A stretch of 64,000 nucleotides of DNA from Blastocatellia bacterium (GCA_046565505.1 JBKHYJ010000035.1:1919-65918), one strand, 5' to 3'. Shown: positions 45,569 through 56,350, counted from the first letter of the stretch. The notes: generated by a model not told the origin, from the letters alone. A program made the numbers and translations.

Positions 45569-46796
45569 TCGTCTCTCTCGCCTCTTCAGTCGCGTTCGTC
45601 GCGGCCCTGTAGGCTTCGCTCGCGGCCGCCTGGACTTCGTATAACGGGACGCCCGATTGGCCCGCGAGCAGGGCGCAGTCGTCATACTCAGGTTGAAAGT
45701 GTAGCGTGCGACCGCCATCGCGCGCCACCTTTATGCGCACGCGGCCGTAGCGCGTATCGACCGTTTCAACCGAGCGCTTGAGCACGCGCCGCTTCGCCTC
45801 GTAGTAGCGGACGCCGAGCGTCGTGGTCTCCGCGAGCAGCATCCCCGTGATCGAATCCAGCCTCCGCGGCTCGCAAAGGACCGTCAACAGAACGCCCGGC
45901 CGGCACTTCTTCATCTGTGCCGGGACCATGAACACGTCAAGCGCGCCGAGCGCAAGCGCGCGCTCAAGCACGAACCCGAAAACCTGCGGGCTCATGTCGT
46001 CGATGTTAGTCTCGATGACGATCACCGAGCCATCCTCTATGACCGGGCGGTCCTCTGTAACTGCCGGCCGCGCGTTTTCGACCTCGCCGAGCACGAGCCG
46101 GAGGGCGTTGGGAAAGCCGCCGGGGTCGCGCGAGCCTGCGCCGTAGCCCGCGCGCGTGATCTCCATCGCGGGCAACGGGCCGAACTCTTCACACAGCGTC
46201 GAGACGATTGCCGCGCCTGTCGGCGTCACGAATTCGCCTTCCAGATGGCCCGCGTAAACGGGGATGCCGCGGACAAGCTCCGCCGTCGCGGGCGCGGGTA
46301 TCGGGAGCAAGCCATGCTCTGTTTCGACGGACCCGCTCCCGAGCCTCAGCGCGGACGAGTAAAACCGCTCGACCCCGAGCGCCTCAAATCCTATCACCGC
46401 GCCGACCGTATCTATTATCGAATCGACCGCGCCGACTTCGTGAAAATGAATTCGGTCGGGCGTCGTCGCATGGACATGCGCCTCCGCGTCGGCGAGCCGC
46501 TCGAAGACGCTTAAAGCCCTCGACTTCACGCCTCCCGACAGCCCGGAACCGCTTATTATTTCGCGTACGTCAGAGAGCGTGCGCGAAGGTTGCTTGCGTT
46601 CGTCCACCGCCACGTCGAACTTTATGGCGGCGATGCCGCTGCGCCTGACGCGCTCGGACTTGAGGCGGTATCCGCCCAACGCGAGCGTAGACAGTTGCTC
46701 GCTCAGCAACCCGAGATCGAGGCCGAGGTCTATGAGCGCGCCGATTATCATGTCGCCGCTGACGCCCGCGAAGCAGTCGAAGTATATCGCGCGCAT
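45555..46796 (-). CDS. larC: LarC-family nickel insertion protein (DUF111; nickel-pincer cofactor cyclometallase)
   Basis: [41 protein letters not shown], and a C-terminal TTLGVRYY...RVRIKV domain. The tracked 619-aa ORF has a spurious Arg-rich extension. The true ATG at 46796 shares one base with the sirtuin stop (TGATG). Confidence 0.9.
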   Translation of the reverse strand: MRAIYFDCFAGVSGDMIIGALIDLGLDLGLLSEQLSTLALGGYRLKSERVRRSGIAAIKFDVAVDERKQPSRTLSDVREIISGSGLSGGVKSRALSVFERLADAEAHVHATTPDRIHFHEVGAVDSIIDTVGAVIGFEALGVERFYSSALRLGSGSVETEHGLLPIPAPATAELVRGIPVYAGHLEGEFVTPTGAAIVSTLCEEFGPLPAMEITRAGYGAGSRDPGGFPNALRLVLGEVENARPAVTEDRPVIEDGSVIVIETNIDDMSPQVFGFVLERALALGALDVFMVPAQMKKCRPGVLLTVLCEPRRLDSITGMLLAETTTLGVRYYEAKRRVLKRSVETVDTRYGRVRIKVARDGGRTLHFQPEYDDCALLAGQSGVPLYEVQAAASEAYRAATNATEEARETNGEC

Positions 46797-47548
46797 CACC
46801 CGCGCTCCTTGATGAACTGGGGGAGAATGACGCCGCTTTTGCCGAGCACGGTGACGTCGGCGAAGAAAGTTATGTCTGTCCGCTCGGGGTTGACCTCGAT
46901 CACCCGCGCGCCCGATTGCTTCGCGGTTATCGGCAGGCCGGCCGCCGGGTAGACGACGGCGGAGGTCCCGATTACGAAGAAAAGGTCGGCTCGCGTGGCG
47001 GCTCCCTGCGCCCGCTCGAAAACGTCTTCCGGCAATAGCTCCCCGAACAGCACCACGTCGGGCCGCGCGGGGCCGCCGCAGACGAAGCACCGGGGCGGGT
47101 TTTCCTCCAGGGGGGTCTCGCGCGACTCGAAGGTGCTCGCGCAGCGCAGGCAGCGGGCGCGCCAGATGTTGCCGTGTAGCTCGATCACGTTCAGGCTCCC
47201 GGCCCTGCGGTGGAGGTCGTCTATGTTCTGGGTGACAAGCGTGAAGCTGTCGAACCGGCGCTCCCATTGCGCGAGCGCGAAGTGGCCCGCGTTCGGCTCG
47301 ACCTCTTTGAGCAGGCCGCGCCTGTAGTCGAACCACTCCCATACGAGCGCCGGGTCGGTCGCCATCAACTCGGCCGACGAAAGCTCTGTGACGGGGCGGC
47401 CGCGCCACGTCCACATCTCAGAGCCGCCCCCCCCGCGGAACGTGGGCACGCCGCTTTCCGCGGATATCCCGGCCCCGGTCAGCGCCACCACGTTGCGCGC
47501 CCGGTCGAACATCATTTGCAAATCGTCTGTCACCTGTGTCAGTTCCAT
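46796..47548 (-). CDS. cobB: NAD-dependent protein deacylase (Sir2/CobB family)
   Basis: GAGISAESGVPTFRG, QNIDDLHRRAG, catalytic HG, Zn ribbon CLRC...CFVCGG, and GTSAVVYPAAG. Confidence 0.9.
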   Translation of the reverse strand: MELTQVTDDLQMMFDRARNVVALTGAGISAESGVPTFRGGGGSEMWTWRGRPVTELSSAELMATDPALVWEWFDYRRGLLKEVEPNAGHFALAQWERRFDSFTLVTQNIDDLHRRAGSLNVIELHGNIWRARCLRCASTFESRETPLEENPPRCFVCGGPARPDVVLFGELLPEDVFERAQGAATRADLFFVIGTSAVVYPAAGLPITAKQSGARVIEVNPERTDITFFADVTVLGKSGVILPQFIKERG

Positions 47549-47732
47549 AGTGATTAATATTAACAGGAGAAGCGCGCATGCTATAAACAGGCGCGGCGAA
47601 AACTCAAGCGCCGGCGCGGGCAGGGCTTAACACGGTCTTTCAACCTGGGGTGACTTTTAAAAGCACTTTTCGGCTGATATCATTGCTGATTCCACTCGCC
47701 CGTGGATGGCAAAACATGGAGATGGTTAAGGT

Positions 47733-49721
47733 ATGACCATTCAGCAAACGGTACAGGAGCGGCTGCGCTCCGGCATTAATAAACTGTTTAACATAGACCT
47801 GGCGGAATTCTCCGTGGAGGTCCCCCCGCGCACGGAGCTAGGCGACCTGGCCTTCCCCGTCGCCTTCGAGCTAGCGAAACGGCTGAAGGCCCTCACAGGG
47901 CAGAAGCAGAACCCGAGGGACATCGCCTCGCGGCTCGCCGTGGAGATGCGCGGCCTCGAAGGCGTCTCCAGGGTTGACGTGGCCGGCGCGGGCTACATAA
48001 ACGTTTACCTCGACCGGGCCGGCTACATACTCGGCGCGGTGAAAGGCCCCGACCCTATGACGCCGGCGCTGGGGGGTAAGATCATCGTAGAGCACACGTC
48101 CGTGAACCCTAACAAGGCGGCACACATCGGCCACATTCGCAACGCCGTGCTCGGGGACACGACCGTCAGGCTGCTGCGCGCGGCGGGCGAGACCGTCGAA
48201 GTCCAGAACTACATCGACAACACGGGCGTGCAGGTAGCGGACGTGGTCGTCGGGTTCAAGCACATCGAGCGGAAGGCGCTCGAAGACATCAAAGCAATCG
48301 ATGGGAGGTTTGATTATTACTGCTGGGACCTATACGCCCGCGTCGGCAATTTCTACGAGGAGGACCGGGCGCGCCTGAAATTCCGAACAGACACCATACA
48401 CGAGATCGAGAGGGGCGAGGGCGAGACCTACGAGATGGCCGATTACATCTCCACCCGTATAGTCCACTGTCACCTGGATACTATGGAGCGGGTGGGGATC
48501 GAATACGACCTGCTGCCGCGCGAATCGGACGTGCTCCACATGCGCCTGTGGAACGAGACGTTCGAGTTATTGAAGGAGCGCGGGGCGGTCTATTACGCGA
48601 CAGAAGGGCGGCTGGCCGGGTGCTGGGTCATGCGCTCGCCGGACGACGCGGACCAGCAGGGCGAGGAAGCGACCGAACACGAAGCGGATAAGGTGATCGT
48701 CCGGTCGAACGGGACCGTGACCTACACCGGCAAAGACATCGCCGTACACTTATGGAAGCTGGGCCAGCTAAAGCTCGATTTCTACTACAAGCCTTTCCAC
48801 ACCTACGCGAGCGGCCACGTCGCGTGGATCACTTCGTCGAGGGAGGGCGAGGACGACCCGAACCACGCGCCATTCGGCAACGGCGCGGCGTTCTTCAACG
48901 TGATTGACATAGGCCAGTCCTACCCGCAGCACTACGTGAAGCTGGGCGTGATGGCCGTCGATCACGACGAGCGCGTGGAGCGCAGCGCCCACCTGGCTTA
49001 CGAAAAAGTCGCGCTGACGCCCGCGGCGGCCGAGCAGTTGGGGCAACAGCTTTCTGAGGAAGACCGCAAGCGCGGGGCCGTCAGCATGTCCGGCCGCAAG
49101 GGTCTCGGCGTGAAGGCGGATGATTTGATCGACCAGCTAGAGGAGAGCGCGCTGGCGGAAGTGGCGAGCCGCCACGCAGAACTGAGCCGTGAGGAGCAGC
49201 GCGCGACCGCGCACATGATAGCGGTCGGCGCGCTACGCTATTTTCTGCTCAAGTACAGCCGCAATTCGATAATCTCGTTCGATTTTAAAGAGGCGCTGTC
49301 GTTCGACGGCGAGACGGGGCCTTACATTCAATACTCGGTCGTTCGCGCGAATTCTATCTTCCGCAAGCTCGCCGACGCGGGCATCGACCCCGAAGCGGCG
49401 GGCGTCGAGGGCGTGGACCGCGGGCGGCTGGCCGAGATTCTCGGCGGCCAGGCGGGCGACGACCTGTGGTCTATTGTCTACCTCGCTTCTCGATTCCATG
49501 ACACGGTGCGGGGGGCGGTCGCGGCGCTCGAACCGGCAATAGTCGCGAAGTGGGCCTTCCAGACCGCCCAGCGATTCAACCTCTTCTACCACAGTTACCA
49601 TATCTTGTCGGAGGCTGACCCCGCGCGCCGCGCGCTGCTGGTAGCGGTCACGACTATTGTGCGCCGCCAGTTGATAGCGGCGCTAGCCGTGCTCGGCATA
49701 GAGGCGCCCGAGAGGATGTGA
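47733..49721 (+). CDS. argS: Arginine--tRNA ligase
   Basis: N-terminal Add-1-like domain, HIGH-class motif [24 protein letters not shown] (KMSK-like), and an anticodon-binding DALR-type C-terminus ending in RM. Confidence 0.95.
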   Translation: MTIQQTVQERLRSGINKLFNIDLAEFSVEVPPRTELGDLAFPVAFELAKRLKALTGQKQNPRDIASRLAVEMRGLEGVSRVDVAGAGYINVYLDRAGYILGAVKGPDPMTPALGGKIIVEHTSVNPNKAAHIGHIRNAVLGDTTVRLLRAAGETVEVQNYIDNTGVQVADVVVGFKHIERKALEDIKAIDGRFDYYCWDLYARVGNFYEEDRARLKFRTDTIHEIERGEGETYEMADYISTRIVHCHLDTMERVGIEYDLLPRESDVLHMRLWNETFELLKERGAVYYATEGRLAGCWVMRSPDDADQQGEEATEHEADKVIVRSNGTVTYTGKDIAVHLWKLGQLKLDFYYKPFHTYASGHVAWITSSREGEDDPNHAPFGNGAAFFNVIDIGQSYPQHYVKLGVMAVDHDERVERSAHLAYEKVALTPAAAEQLGQQLSEEDRKRGAVSMSGRKGLGVKADDLIDQLEESALAEVASRHAELSREEQRATAHMIAVGALRYFLLKYSRNSIISFDFKEALSFDGETGPYIQYSVVRANSIFRKLADAGIDPEAAGVEGVDRGRLAEILGGQAGDDLWSIVYLASRFHDTVRGAVAALEPAIVAKWAFQTAQRFNLFYHSYHILSEADPARRALLVAVTTIVRRQLIAALAVLGIEAPERM

Positions 49722-49797
49722 AGCCAGGTTTGCGCGGCCCTGCCTCCGGGGCTATATAATCAATTGAGAGGCTCATAAGCCGAGCGGGAGAACAGTC

Positions 49798-50823
49798 ATG
49801 CTAATAGTAATGAAGCCCGGCGCGACCGACGAGCAGGTCGAGGAAGTCTTAAACACCATACGCGGGCTTGGATTCAAACCGCACCCCATGCCGGGGGAGA
49901 CTCGCACCGCCATCGGCATAACAGGCAACCAGGGCGCGATTGACCCCGGCCATTTCGAGAACCTGGAGGGTGTCGCGGAAGCCATCCGCGTCTCGAAGCC
50001 ATATAAGCTCGTGGGCCGCGACCTCAAGCAAGATGACACGGTCGTGCGGGTAGGCGGGGCGGAGATCGGGGGGCGGGAGCCCGCGATAATCGCGGGCCCT
50101 TGCGCCGTCGAATCGCGCGCGCAGACGATGGAGATTGCCGAGATCGTCGTCTCATGCGGCGTTAAATTCTTCCGGGGCGGCGCCTACAAGCCGCGCTCTT
50201 CTCCGTACTCATTCCAGGGGCTCGGCGAAGAGGGGTTGAAGATTCTTTCGGAGGTGCGCGACCGTTTCGGGATGCGCATAGTCACCGAAGTGCTCGACAC
50301 GGAGACGGCCGATATGGTTGAGGCGTACACGGACGTGTTGCAGGTGGGGGCGCGCAACATGCAGAACTTTTCGCTGCTGCGGCGCATGGGGCAGGCGAGC
50401 AAGCCCGTCATGCTCAAGCGCGGCATGTCTGCGACGCTCGAAGAGTTGTTGCTGGCGGCCGAGTACATCATGGCGGAAGGAAATTACGACGTGATCTTGT
50501 GCGAGCGCGGCGTGCGCACTTTCGCGGACCACACTCGCAACACGCTCGACCTTTCGATCGTTCCGGCCGTGCAGAATCGCTCGCACCTGCCCATCATAGT
50601 TGACCCGTCGCACGGCACGGGCAAGCGCCATAAAGTCACCCCTCTGGCCCGCGCAGCCATAGCCGTGGGCGCCGATGGCATAATGGTCGAAGTACATAAC
50701 CACCCGGAGCAGGCGCTCTCGGACGGCCCGCAGGCGCTGCTGCCTGATATGTTCAGGCAGCTCGTTGCCGAAGTCCGGGCCATACACAAAGCGCTCGCGG
50801 AGTCCGAAGCGAGCCTCGTATGA
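49798..50823 (+). CDS. aroF: 3-deoxy-7-phosphoheptulonate (DAHP) synthase, type I-beta, with an N-terminal ferredoxin-like regulatory domain
   Basis: [26 protein letters not shown] (regulatory domain), then [29 protein letters not shown] and DPSH. Confidence 0.95.
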   Translation: MLIVMKPGATDEQVEEVLNTIRGLGFKPHPMPGETRTAIGITGNQGAIDPGHFENLEGVAEAIRVSKPYKLVGRDLKQDDTVVRVGGAEIGGREPAIIAGPCAVESRAQTMEIAEIVVSCGVKFFRGGAYKPRSSPYSFQGLGEEGLKILSEVRDRFGMRIVTEVLDTETADMVEAYTDVLQVGARNMQNFSLLRRMGQASKPVMLKRGMSATLEELLLAAEYIMAEGNYDVILCERGVRTFADHTRNTLDLSIVPAVQNRSHLPIIVDPSHGTGKRHKVTPLARAAIAVGADGIMVEVHNHPEQALSDGPQALLPDMFRQLVAEVRAIHKALAESEASLV

Positions 50824-52589
50824 CGGGGCGCAGGCCGAAAGGAAAAAGGCGGCGGCCGAGGCCGCAGAAATCCGCCCCCCCTTTCGAGCCCTTGAATTCT
50901 TCCCGCCCGGCTTCAACGCCGCCGGCCGCGCCGGGTGAGGTCGCCCGCACTCTGGGCGAATCCGAAAGCTCGCACGGCGGCTCGTCGTTCCCGACGCCGG
51001 GCTACGTTAGCCCGCCAGGCCGTCGCCTGACCCCGCGGCGGGCGAAGTTGCTGGTAGCAGCGTTCGCCGCCACTTTATCCATAATCTCATTCGCTTACTT
51101 CTTCACCCGCGGCATGACAAACCTTTACGGGGACGGGATCGCCCACGTCAACATCGCCCGCAAGGTTGTAGATTCCCCCGACGAATCTTTGTGGCAACGC
51201 TACGTACAGATCGGCTCGCCCTGGCTGCCGGCGCAGACGGTGCTCATGCTGCCGCTCGTCGCGAATGATTGGATGTGGCGTACGGGCGCGGCGGGGAGCA
51301 TCGTGTCTATGATCTCTTACGTCGTCGCGGGGCTTTCGCTCTACCTGCTGGCGAGAAATCTATACCGCAGGGAAAGCGGGCCGTATGAAGAGATGCTCCC
51401 GGCGATGACGGCCGCGATATTCCTGTTAAACCCGAGCGCGGTTTATATGCAGGCGACGCCGATGACAGAGACGGTCTTTATGGCGGCGCTGGCGGCCGCC
51501 ATCTACCTGCTACGAAGGTGGGTCGCGGAGCAGACGAAGTGGCGGCTCGCCATTGCCGCGCTCGCGATGGCGGTTGCCACGCTCACGCGGTACGAGGCCT
51601 GGCCCGCCGCCGCCCTTTCCGTTGTGATAGTGATTCTCGTTTCGCGCGGCGACGCGAGGGTGAAGGCGGGCCGGGCGACGCTATTCGCCGCCGTGGTCGC
51701 CGCGGGGCCGGCCTACTGGCTATGGCACAACTGGGCCATCTATGGGAATGCGCTCGAGTTTCTGACGGGGCCATACTCCGCGCGCGGGCTTTATTTGCAG
51801 AATCAAGCCAATCTCGGGTGGGCGAAGATTTTTGTCGGGCACTTTTTCATTGATGCGCTGATGATCCTGGTCACCGCCGCCGTCTGCGCGGGGCCTTTCG
51901 TATTGATGCTAGGCGCGGTCGGGCTAGTAACCTTTGTGGCCACCAGGCGCAAGGCTATGCTCGAAGACGCGCCGGCGCTACTGCTCACGGTCCCATTCTT
52001 CTTTCACGTATACAGTCTCTACCGGGGCGAGATTCAGATATTTCCGCTGAGCGCATTCGGGCTTCACAACGTCAGGTATGGCTTGCCGCATCTGTTGGCC
52101 ATCGCGCTGTTTGCTCCCGCCGGCGCCCTGCTCCTCAAGAGAGGCTGGCGCCGCCGGGCGAGCGTCGTGGTTTGCTTGATAGTCGCCGCGCAGTACTTCC
52201 ACCTCATCTCCGAAGGGCCGAGCCAGCTTGCCGTTTACCAGGAGGCCTACAGGAACGGAGTGAACGCGAGGCCGGCCCGAGAGCGTAGGGAATTCTCTAC
52301 GCTCGTCAGGGCGACCCCCCCCCGGCCAGTCGTGCTGATGAACACGGGCGAGCTCGGGCCCGTCGTGTCGCAGGGCGGCCTGCGCTATTCAGACATTATT
52401 CATGAAGGTACGCTACGATGGCACCAGATCGCGGAGGGCATTCCGGCGGACGTTTCTACGGTCATCGTGCAGGAGGGCGACCCTCTTGATAAGCGGCTGA
52501 AAGAAAACCCATCGCTGGCGCGCGACCTGGCAGAGCACTTTCAAGAGCGGCTTACGGTCGGGAGGATAAAGCTATTCGGGCGAAGATGA
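50820..52589 (+). CDS. GT-C-fold membrane glycosyltransferase (family 39/83-like, ArnT/PMT-like), putative
   Basis: Basic disordered N-terminus, then more than 10 TM segments, with an early loop motif ([16 protein letters not shown]) and a soluble C-terminal domain. There is an ATGA start/stop overlap with aroF. The exact start is uncertain. Confidence 0.7.
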   Translation: MTGRRPKGKRRRPRPQKSAPPFEPLNSSRPASTPPAAPGEVARTLGESESSHGGSSFPTPGYVSPPGRRLTPRRAKLLVAAFAATLSIISFAYFFTRGMTNLYGDGIAHVNIARKVVDSPDESLWQRYVQIGSPWLPAQTVLMLPLVANDWMWRTGAAGSIVSMISYVVAGLSLYLLARNLYRRESGPYEEMLPAMTAAIFLLNPSAVYMQATPMTETVFMAALAAAIYLLRRWVAEQTKWRLAIAALAMAVATLTRYEAWPAAALSVVIVILVSRGDARVKAGRATLFAAVVAAGPAYWLWHNWAIYGNALEFLTGPYSARGLYLQNQANLGWAKIFVGHFFIDALMILVTAAVCAGPFVLMLGAVGLVTFVATRRKAMLEDAPALLLTVPFFFHVYSLYRGEIQIFPLSAFGLHNVRYGLPHLLAIALFAPAGALLLKRGWRRRASVVVCLIVAAQYFHLISEGPSQLAVYQEAYRNGVNARPARERREFSTLVRATPPRPVVLMNTGELGPVVSQGGLRYSDIIHEGTLRWHQIAEGIPADVSTVIVQEGDPLDKRLKENPSLARDLAEHFQERLTVGRIKLFGRR

Positions 52590-52650
52590 GAGTTACAGAA
52601 TAGGAGTCTGATGGCGGGGCGCCCGGCCATGAATCAGGCGCGCGAGATTC

Positions 52651-54285
52651 TCAGATGTTGATCCCGGTGTAAGTCCGATGCATCAGCGTGCGCACGCGGT
52701 TGCGGCCCGCGGCCTTCGCCAGATACATGGCCCTGTCGGCCATCTCGATCAATTCTTCTTTTGTCTTAGTGGCGACCGGATAAGTGGCGACGCCTATGCT
52801 CGCGGTGACTTGCCCGATCTTCTGCACGGGCTTGGAGGCAATCGCCTCGCGCAACCGTTCGGCCACGTTGATGGCGTCTTCGCGCCCGCATTGCGGAAGG
52901 ATGATGACGAACTCTTCGCCGCCGTACCGCGCGCACACGTCTATGTCCCTCACGGTTGACTGCATGACCTGGGCCGCATGGCAGAGCGCCGCGTCACCTG
53001 CCCTGTGGCCGTGCGTGTCGTTTATTCGCTTGAGGTGGTCGAGGTCCAGCAGGATGAGCGACAGCATGTCGTTGTTGCGGTCGGCGAGTTTCGTTTCGCG
53101 GTCGAGCCGCTCCTGAAAGTACCTGTGATTAAAAAGCCCCGTCAGCGCGTCGGTCATCGCCTGAGTCTGCACCTGGCGGAACAGCCGGGCATGGCTTATG
53201 GCTACGGCCAGTTGGTCGGAGACGGTCTTCACCATCAGCACCTCCTCGTCCTGCCAGATGCGGCCCGGCGTATCGTCTTCGACGACGAGGACGCCTATGA
53301 TGCTGTTGCGGTAGGTGATGGGGATTTCAAGCGGCCCCGGTATGATTAGCCTGCTTTCGGCCGCCTCGCCGGGCGCAGGCTGGGGCTCGGGCGGTTTTGC
53401 ATGCTGGTGATTCGGCCTTTGATGCGCCCCTTCGAGGCTACCCTGCGAAGATTCGGACGAATACGACTCGGGCGAGTCGTCCGACTCGTCCGACCGCTCG
53501 TAAACGCTCATGCCTTCGGGCCTGCTCGTTCCTTCCTGCCACAGGACCAATGCGGCGCGGCGGGATTGCAGCGCGCGGCCCACCTCCTCGACCGCCGATT
53601 GCAGTATCGGCTCCAACTCAAGCGTGCTGGAAATGGCCGAGCTTATTCTATTCGTGGCCATCTCAAGCTCGTTCTGCCGCTGCATCAGTGTCGCGAGCTT
53701 CGTCGTGAACGCCAGCGCGAGTCGCAGGGAAGAATTACGCGGGGTTGACGCGGTTAACAACCCCTCAAGGGTCGCGCGCTCGTCGGGCCTCTGCACGTTG
53801 ATGCGCGCCATTAAATACTCTATCGCCGTAAAGATGACGTTCGGGTCGAAGGTCCACACCATCTCGTAGGTCTTCGCATGATTGCTGCCGTCAGGCGGAA
53901 GCATGTAAGAGGCGAGCAGGCCGCAGAAGCGCGCGTCGATTACAAGAATAAATGGCCCGGTCTCTATGCTGTGAGATTCACGCTCCTGGAGCACCGTTAC
54001 GTTTGAATCGGCTTCGGGAGCCCATGTCTTTGTGGTGCAGCCTTCGTCGCAAGAGAAAAGATAGAGGTGGCGGACGGCCGATTTGAGCTTGCCCACCCGC
54101 TCGGCCTCCCGGCGGGGGTCGCCGTCGAGGCAGCGGCCTTCGATGACGAGCGCCGATAGCTTGCTCTCAGTCACCACGTCCTCAAAATAACTGACCAGGC
54201 GCTTGACCGTTTGCTCGTTGCTTCGCACAGGCGCGAATTCATCGCCATGCTGATTCGTAAGCACATAGTAAAGTGAGTACATCAA
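52651..54285 (-). CDS. Diguanylate cyclase (GGDEF) with an uncharacterised N-terminal sensor domain and a GAF domain interrupted by an acidic Ser-rich insert
   Basis: ALTGLFNHRYFQERL, active site RYGGEEFVIILP, and I-site-like RDID. GAF flanks (ISSTLELEPILQSAVEEVGRAL ... IIGVLVVEDD...QLAVAISHARLF) surround the insert SDESDDSPESYSSESSQG.... Confidence 0.9.
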   Translation of the reverse strand: MMYSLYYVLTNQHGDEFAPVRSNEQTVKRLVSYFEDVVTESKLSALVIEGRCLDGDPRREAERVGKLKSAVRHLYLFSCDEGCTTKTWAPEADSNVTVLQERESHSIETGPFILVIDARFCGLLASYMLPPDGSNHAKTYEMVWTFDPNVIFTAIEYLMARINVQRPDERATLEGLLTASTPRNSSLRLALAFTTKLATLMQRQNELEMATNRISSAISSTLELEPILQSAVEEVGRALQSRRAALVLWQEGTSRPEGMSVYERSDESDDSPESYSSESSQGSLEGAHQRPNHQHAKPPEPQPAPGEAAESRLIIPGPLEIPITYRNSIIGVLVVEDDTPGRIWQDEEVLMVKTVSDQLAVAISHARLFRQVQTQAMTDALTGLFNHRYFQERLDRETKLADRNNDMLSLILLDLDHLKRINDTHGHRAGDAALCHAAQVMQSTVRDIDVCARYGGEEFVIILPQCGREDAINVAERLREAIASKPVQKIGQVTASIGVATYPVATKTKEELIEMADRAMYLAKAAGRNRVRTLMHRTYTGINI

Positions 54286-54349
54286 TTAAGGAATCTCTTA
54301 TGGTCGCCGATTATTACTAATGTGGGGCCTGAAGTTGACTGCCACCCCG

Positions 54350-54377
54350 ATTTTACATTCCGCCAGGTGACTGTCAA
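54350..54377 (-). promoter_or_regulatory. Sigma-70-type promoter candidate for the diguanylate cyclase gene
   Basis: The minus strand reads TTGACAgtcacctggcggaatgTAAAAT: a perfect -35, a 16-nt spacer and a 5/6 -10. It lies about 65 nt upstream of the start codon. Confidence 0.5.
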
Positions 54378-54595
54378 TTGTTTTTGTCGGGCGCGCCCGC
54401 ACAAAGTTGCAGGTCCGCAAACCCGAAACTCTAAGTTCAACGTATCACTAAAATTCCGGGGACAAGTAGGTCACGGTATGTAAAAATTTCGCTCACAGTA
54501 GGAAACTAATACAGCTAATCAATCTCCGCCGTTTGACTTGTACATTTATCTATTTACATAGCAAGAATTAGGTAGGTATCGGGCTTTTTTTGCAA

Positions 54596-54611
54596 TGGCA
54601 CAGTGCTCGCA
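54596..54611 (+). promoter_or_regulatory. Sigma-54 promoter candidate upstream of the OmpA-like lipoprotein gene
   Basis: TGGCACagtgcTCGCA: a perfect -24, GG-N10-GC satisfied, and one mismatch in the -12 TTGCA. It lies about 105 nt upstream of the ATG at 54716. Confidence 0.5.
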
Positions 54612-54715
54612 ACGAGTTTAAGGCGTCCGACTGTGGACGCGGAAGTAGTTCAAGACTCTGTTATCAGTATTTCCCATTGTTTAGCAGCTTATACGATACC
54701 TTGAGGAGGTAAGGA

Positions 54716-55477
54716 ATGAAGTACAAATTGGTTACCGTCGCCCTATTGATGGCATTCGCAGTGGTATTCGAGTCCGGCTGCGCGACCAAGAAATATGTCC
54801 GCAACCGTGTCGCCGAACGCGTGACCCCTCTTGAGAATCGCACGGGTGAGTTGGAAGAGACCTCTCGCCGGAACACTCAGCAGATAGGCGAGCTGCGGAC
54901 GGGCATAGAGGATGTTCGCGGCCGCGCGGACAGGGCGCAGACGACTGCCGACCGCGCCGCGGCCTCGGCCGAACAGGCCAGCACGCGCGTGACCGGAATT
55001 GAACGCAACGTCGAAGAGTTGCGCTCCAACATCGACAAGTACAGCATGCAGAATACTGCTATGGTGTTCTTCCGCCCCGGCAGCGCGAAGCTGACCCCCG
55101 AAGGTATGGCCCAGCTCGATACGCTCGCGTCACAGATAACTGACCGCAATGGGTTCATACTTGAGATCATCGGTTATGGCGACACGGCGAAGGCGAACCG
55201 CTATAACCAGAACCTCGCTCAAATGAGGGCCGAGGCCGTACAGCGGTATTTGGCCGATAAGAGGAACATCCCCGTCATGCGCATGTTCGCCCTCGGGTTC
55301 GGGGCCGCGAGGCCTATGACCGAGAACGTTTCGACCAGCGAATCGGCCCCGACCAATAGCAGGGCGCTGAATCGCCGCGTAGAGATTCGGCTGTTGACGA
55401 ATAACGCGGTTCCCGGCGCGCCGATGAAGACGAGCACCACCAGCGGTTCGGCCGCCCCTTCGTCTTCAAACCCTTGA
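54716..55477 (+). CDS. OmpA-family peptidoglycan-associated lipoprotein with an N-terminal coiled coil
   Basis: Lipobox-like VFESGC after the signal peptide, a coiled-coil segment, and an OmpA_C-like domain (VFFRPGSAKLTPEG...NQNLAQMRAEAVQRYL...NRRVEIRL). Confidence 0.9.
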   Translation: MKYKLVTVALLMAFAVVFESGCATKKYVRNRVAERVTPLENRTGELEETSRRNTQQIGELRTGIEDVRGRADRAQTTADRAAASAEQASTRVTGIERNVEELRSNIDKYSMQNTAMVFFRPGSAKLTPEGMAQLDTLASQITDRNGFILEIIGYGDTAKANRYNQNLAQMRAEAVQRYLADKRNIPVMRMFALGFGAARPMTENVSTSESAPTNSRALNRRVEIRLLTNNAVPGAPMKTSTTSGSAAPSSSNP

Positions 55478-55529
55478 TCCGGCGGCGCTAAAGAATCTTT
55501 CACAGCCGCTCATCCACGAGCGCGATTGA

Positions 55530-55573
55530 GGCTGGCGATGACCCCGACTGAGGTCGTCGCCAGCCTTTTCTTG
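55530..55573 (+). terminator. Strong rho-independent terminator
   Basis: 14-bp stem GGCTGGCGATGACC / GGTCGTCGCCAGCC (one G-U pair), an 8-nt loop, then TTTTCTTG. Confidence 0.8.
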
Positions 55574-55628
55574 TCCGCAGAGGCGGCGGCCCGGCCCTTA
55601 CCTTTAAATATAAAATTACCTGCCGAAA

Positions 55629-55637
55629 TGCTATAAT
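55629..55637 (+). promoter_or_regulatory. Extended -10 promoter element (TGcTATAAT) upstream of the ECF sigma gene
   Basis: A perfect TATAAT preceded by TGn, 47 nt upstream of the ATG at 55685. No good -35 was found. Confidence 0.4.
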
Positions 55638-55684
55638 GTTGAGGCAACCGGATTTACAGTCATCGCATCACAGCGTGTGAGGCT

Positions 55685-56278
55685 ATGGCTACCATAACAA
55701 ACGCTTTAATAATGACCGTGACTGTCGAGCCAAGCCAAGCCTCGTCTGACCTGGAGCTAGCCAGGGCGGCGGCCGCTGGAGACGCGACGGCCTTCGAGAG
55801 GCTTTACGAGCAGCACAATAAGCGGGTGTATTCGCTATGTTTCAGGATGCTCGGCAACGCGTCGCAGGCCGAAGACCTCACGCAGGAAGTATTTCTGCAG
55901 GTCTTTAAAAAAATCGGCAGCTTTCGCGGTGATTCCGCCTTCACGACGTGGCTTCACCGGCTGACGATCAACCAGGTGCTGATGCACTTTCGCAAGCGCG
56001 GCGTCAAGCTTGAGCACACGAGCGAAGAAGGCGATTTCACCAACGTCGTAGAGACGCCGCTCCAGAGCACGCGGCGAATATCTATGGTCGACCGGCTGGC
56101 GCTGGAAAAAGCCATATCCGAATTGCCGCCGGGGTACAGAACGGTTTTCGTGCTGCACGACGTTCAAGGGTACGAGCATGAGGAGATTTCCGGCCTGCTC
56201 GATGTCAGCATTGGGACTTCCAAATCGCAGCTTCATAAAGCGCGCATGCGGCTGCGCGAGCTGCTCACTAAGAAATGA
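55685..56278 (+). CDS. ECF-subfamily RNA polymerase sigma factor
   Basis: Region 2 ([38 protein letters not shown]) and region 4 ([48 protein letters not shown]). Confidence 0.95.
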   Translation: MATITNALIMTVTVEPSQASSDLELARAAAAGDATAFERLYEQHNKRVYSLCFRMLGNASQAEDLTQEVFLQVFKKIGSFRGDSAFTTWLHRLTINQVLMHFRKRGVKLEHTSEEGDFTNVVETPLQSTRRISMVDRLALEKAISELPPGYRTVFVLHDVQGYEHEEISGLLDVSIGTSKSQLHKARMRLRELLTKK

Positions 56279-56350
56279 TGACTGAGCCGCGCGCGCCGAG
56301 AAGATTTTTCGAGGGCGGTACTCTCGACCTTAAAGGATTGGGTAGATCAG

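Noticed and set aside
45555-47414. N-terminal extensions of tracked ORFs. Examples: the 619-aa version of larC, 12693..14228, 9401..10396, 31778..32209, 33252..35579, 35424..36971, 44954..45718 and 4398..5891.
   Set aside because: The extensions are Arg-rich or low-complexity. They overlap the upstream gene or the divergent promoter region and precede an internal start that has an RBS and aligns with the family-typical N-terminus.
46796-47548. The SIR2-domain protein was considered as a possible anti-phage NADase effector.
   Set aside because: It has the full canonical sirtuin motif set, including the Zn ribbon, and a typical length of about 250 aa. It has no associated HerA, pAgo, TIR, STAND or other defence partner, and it sits in a housekeeping gene string (folE, metG).
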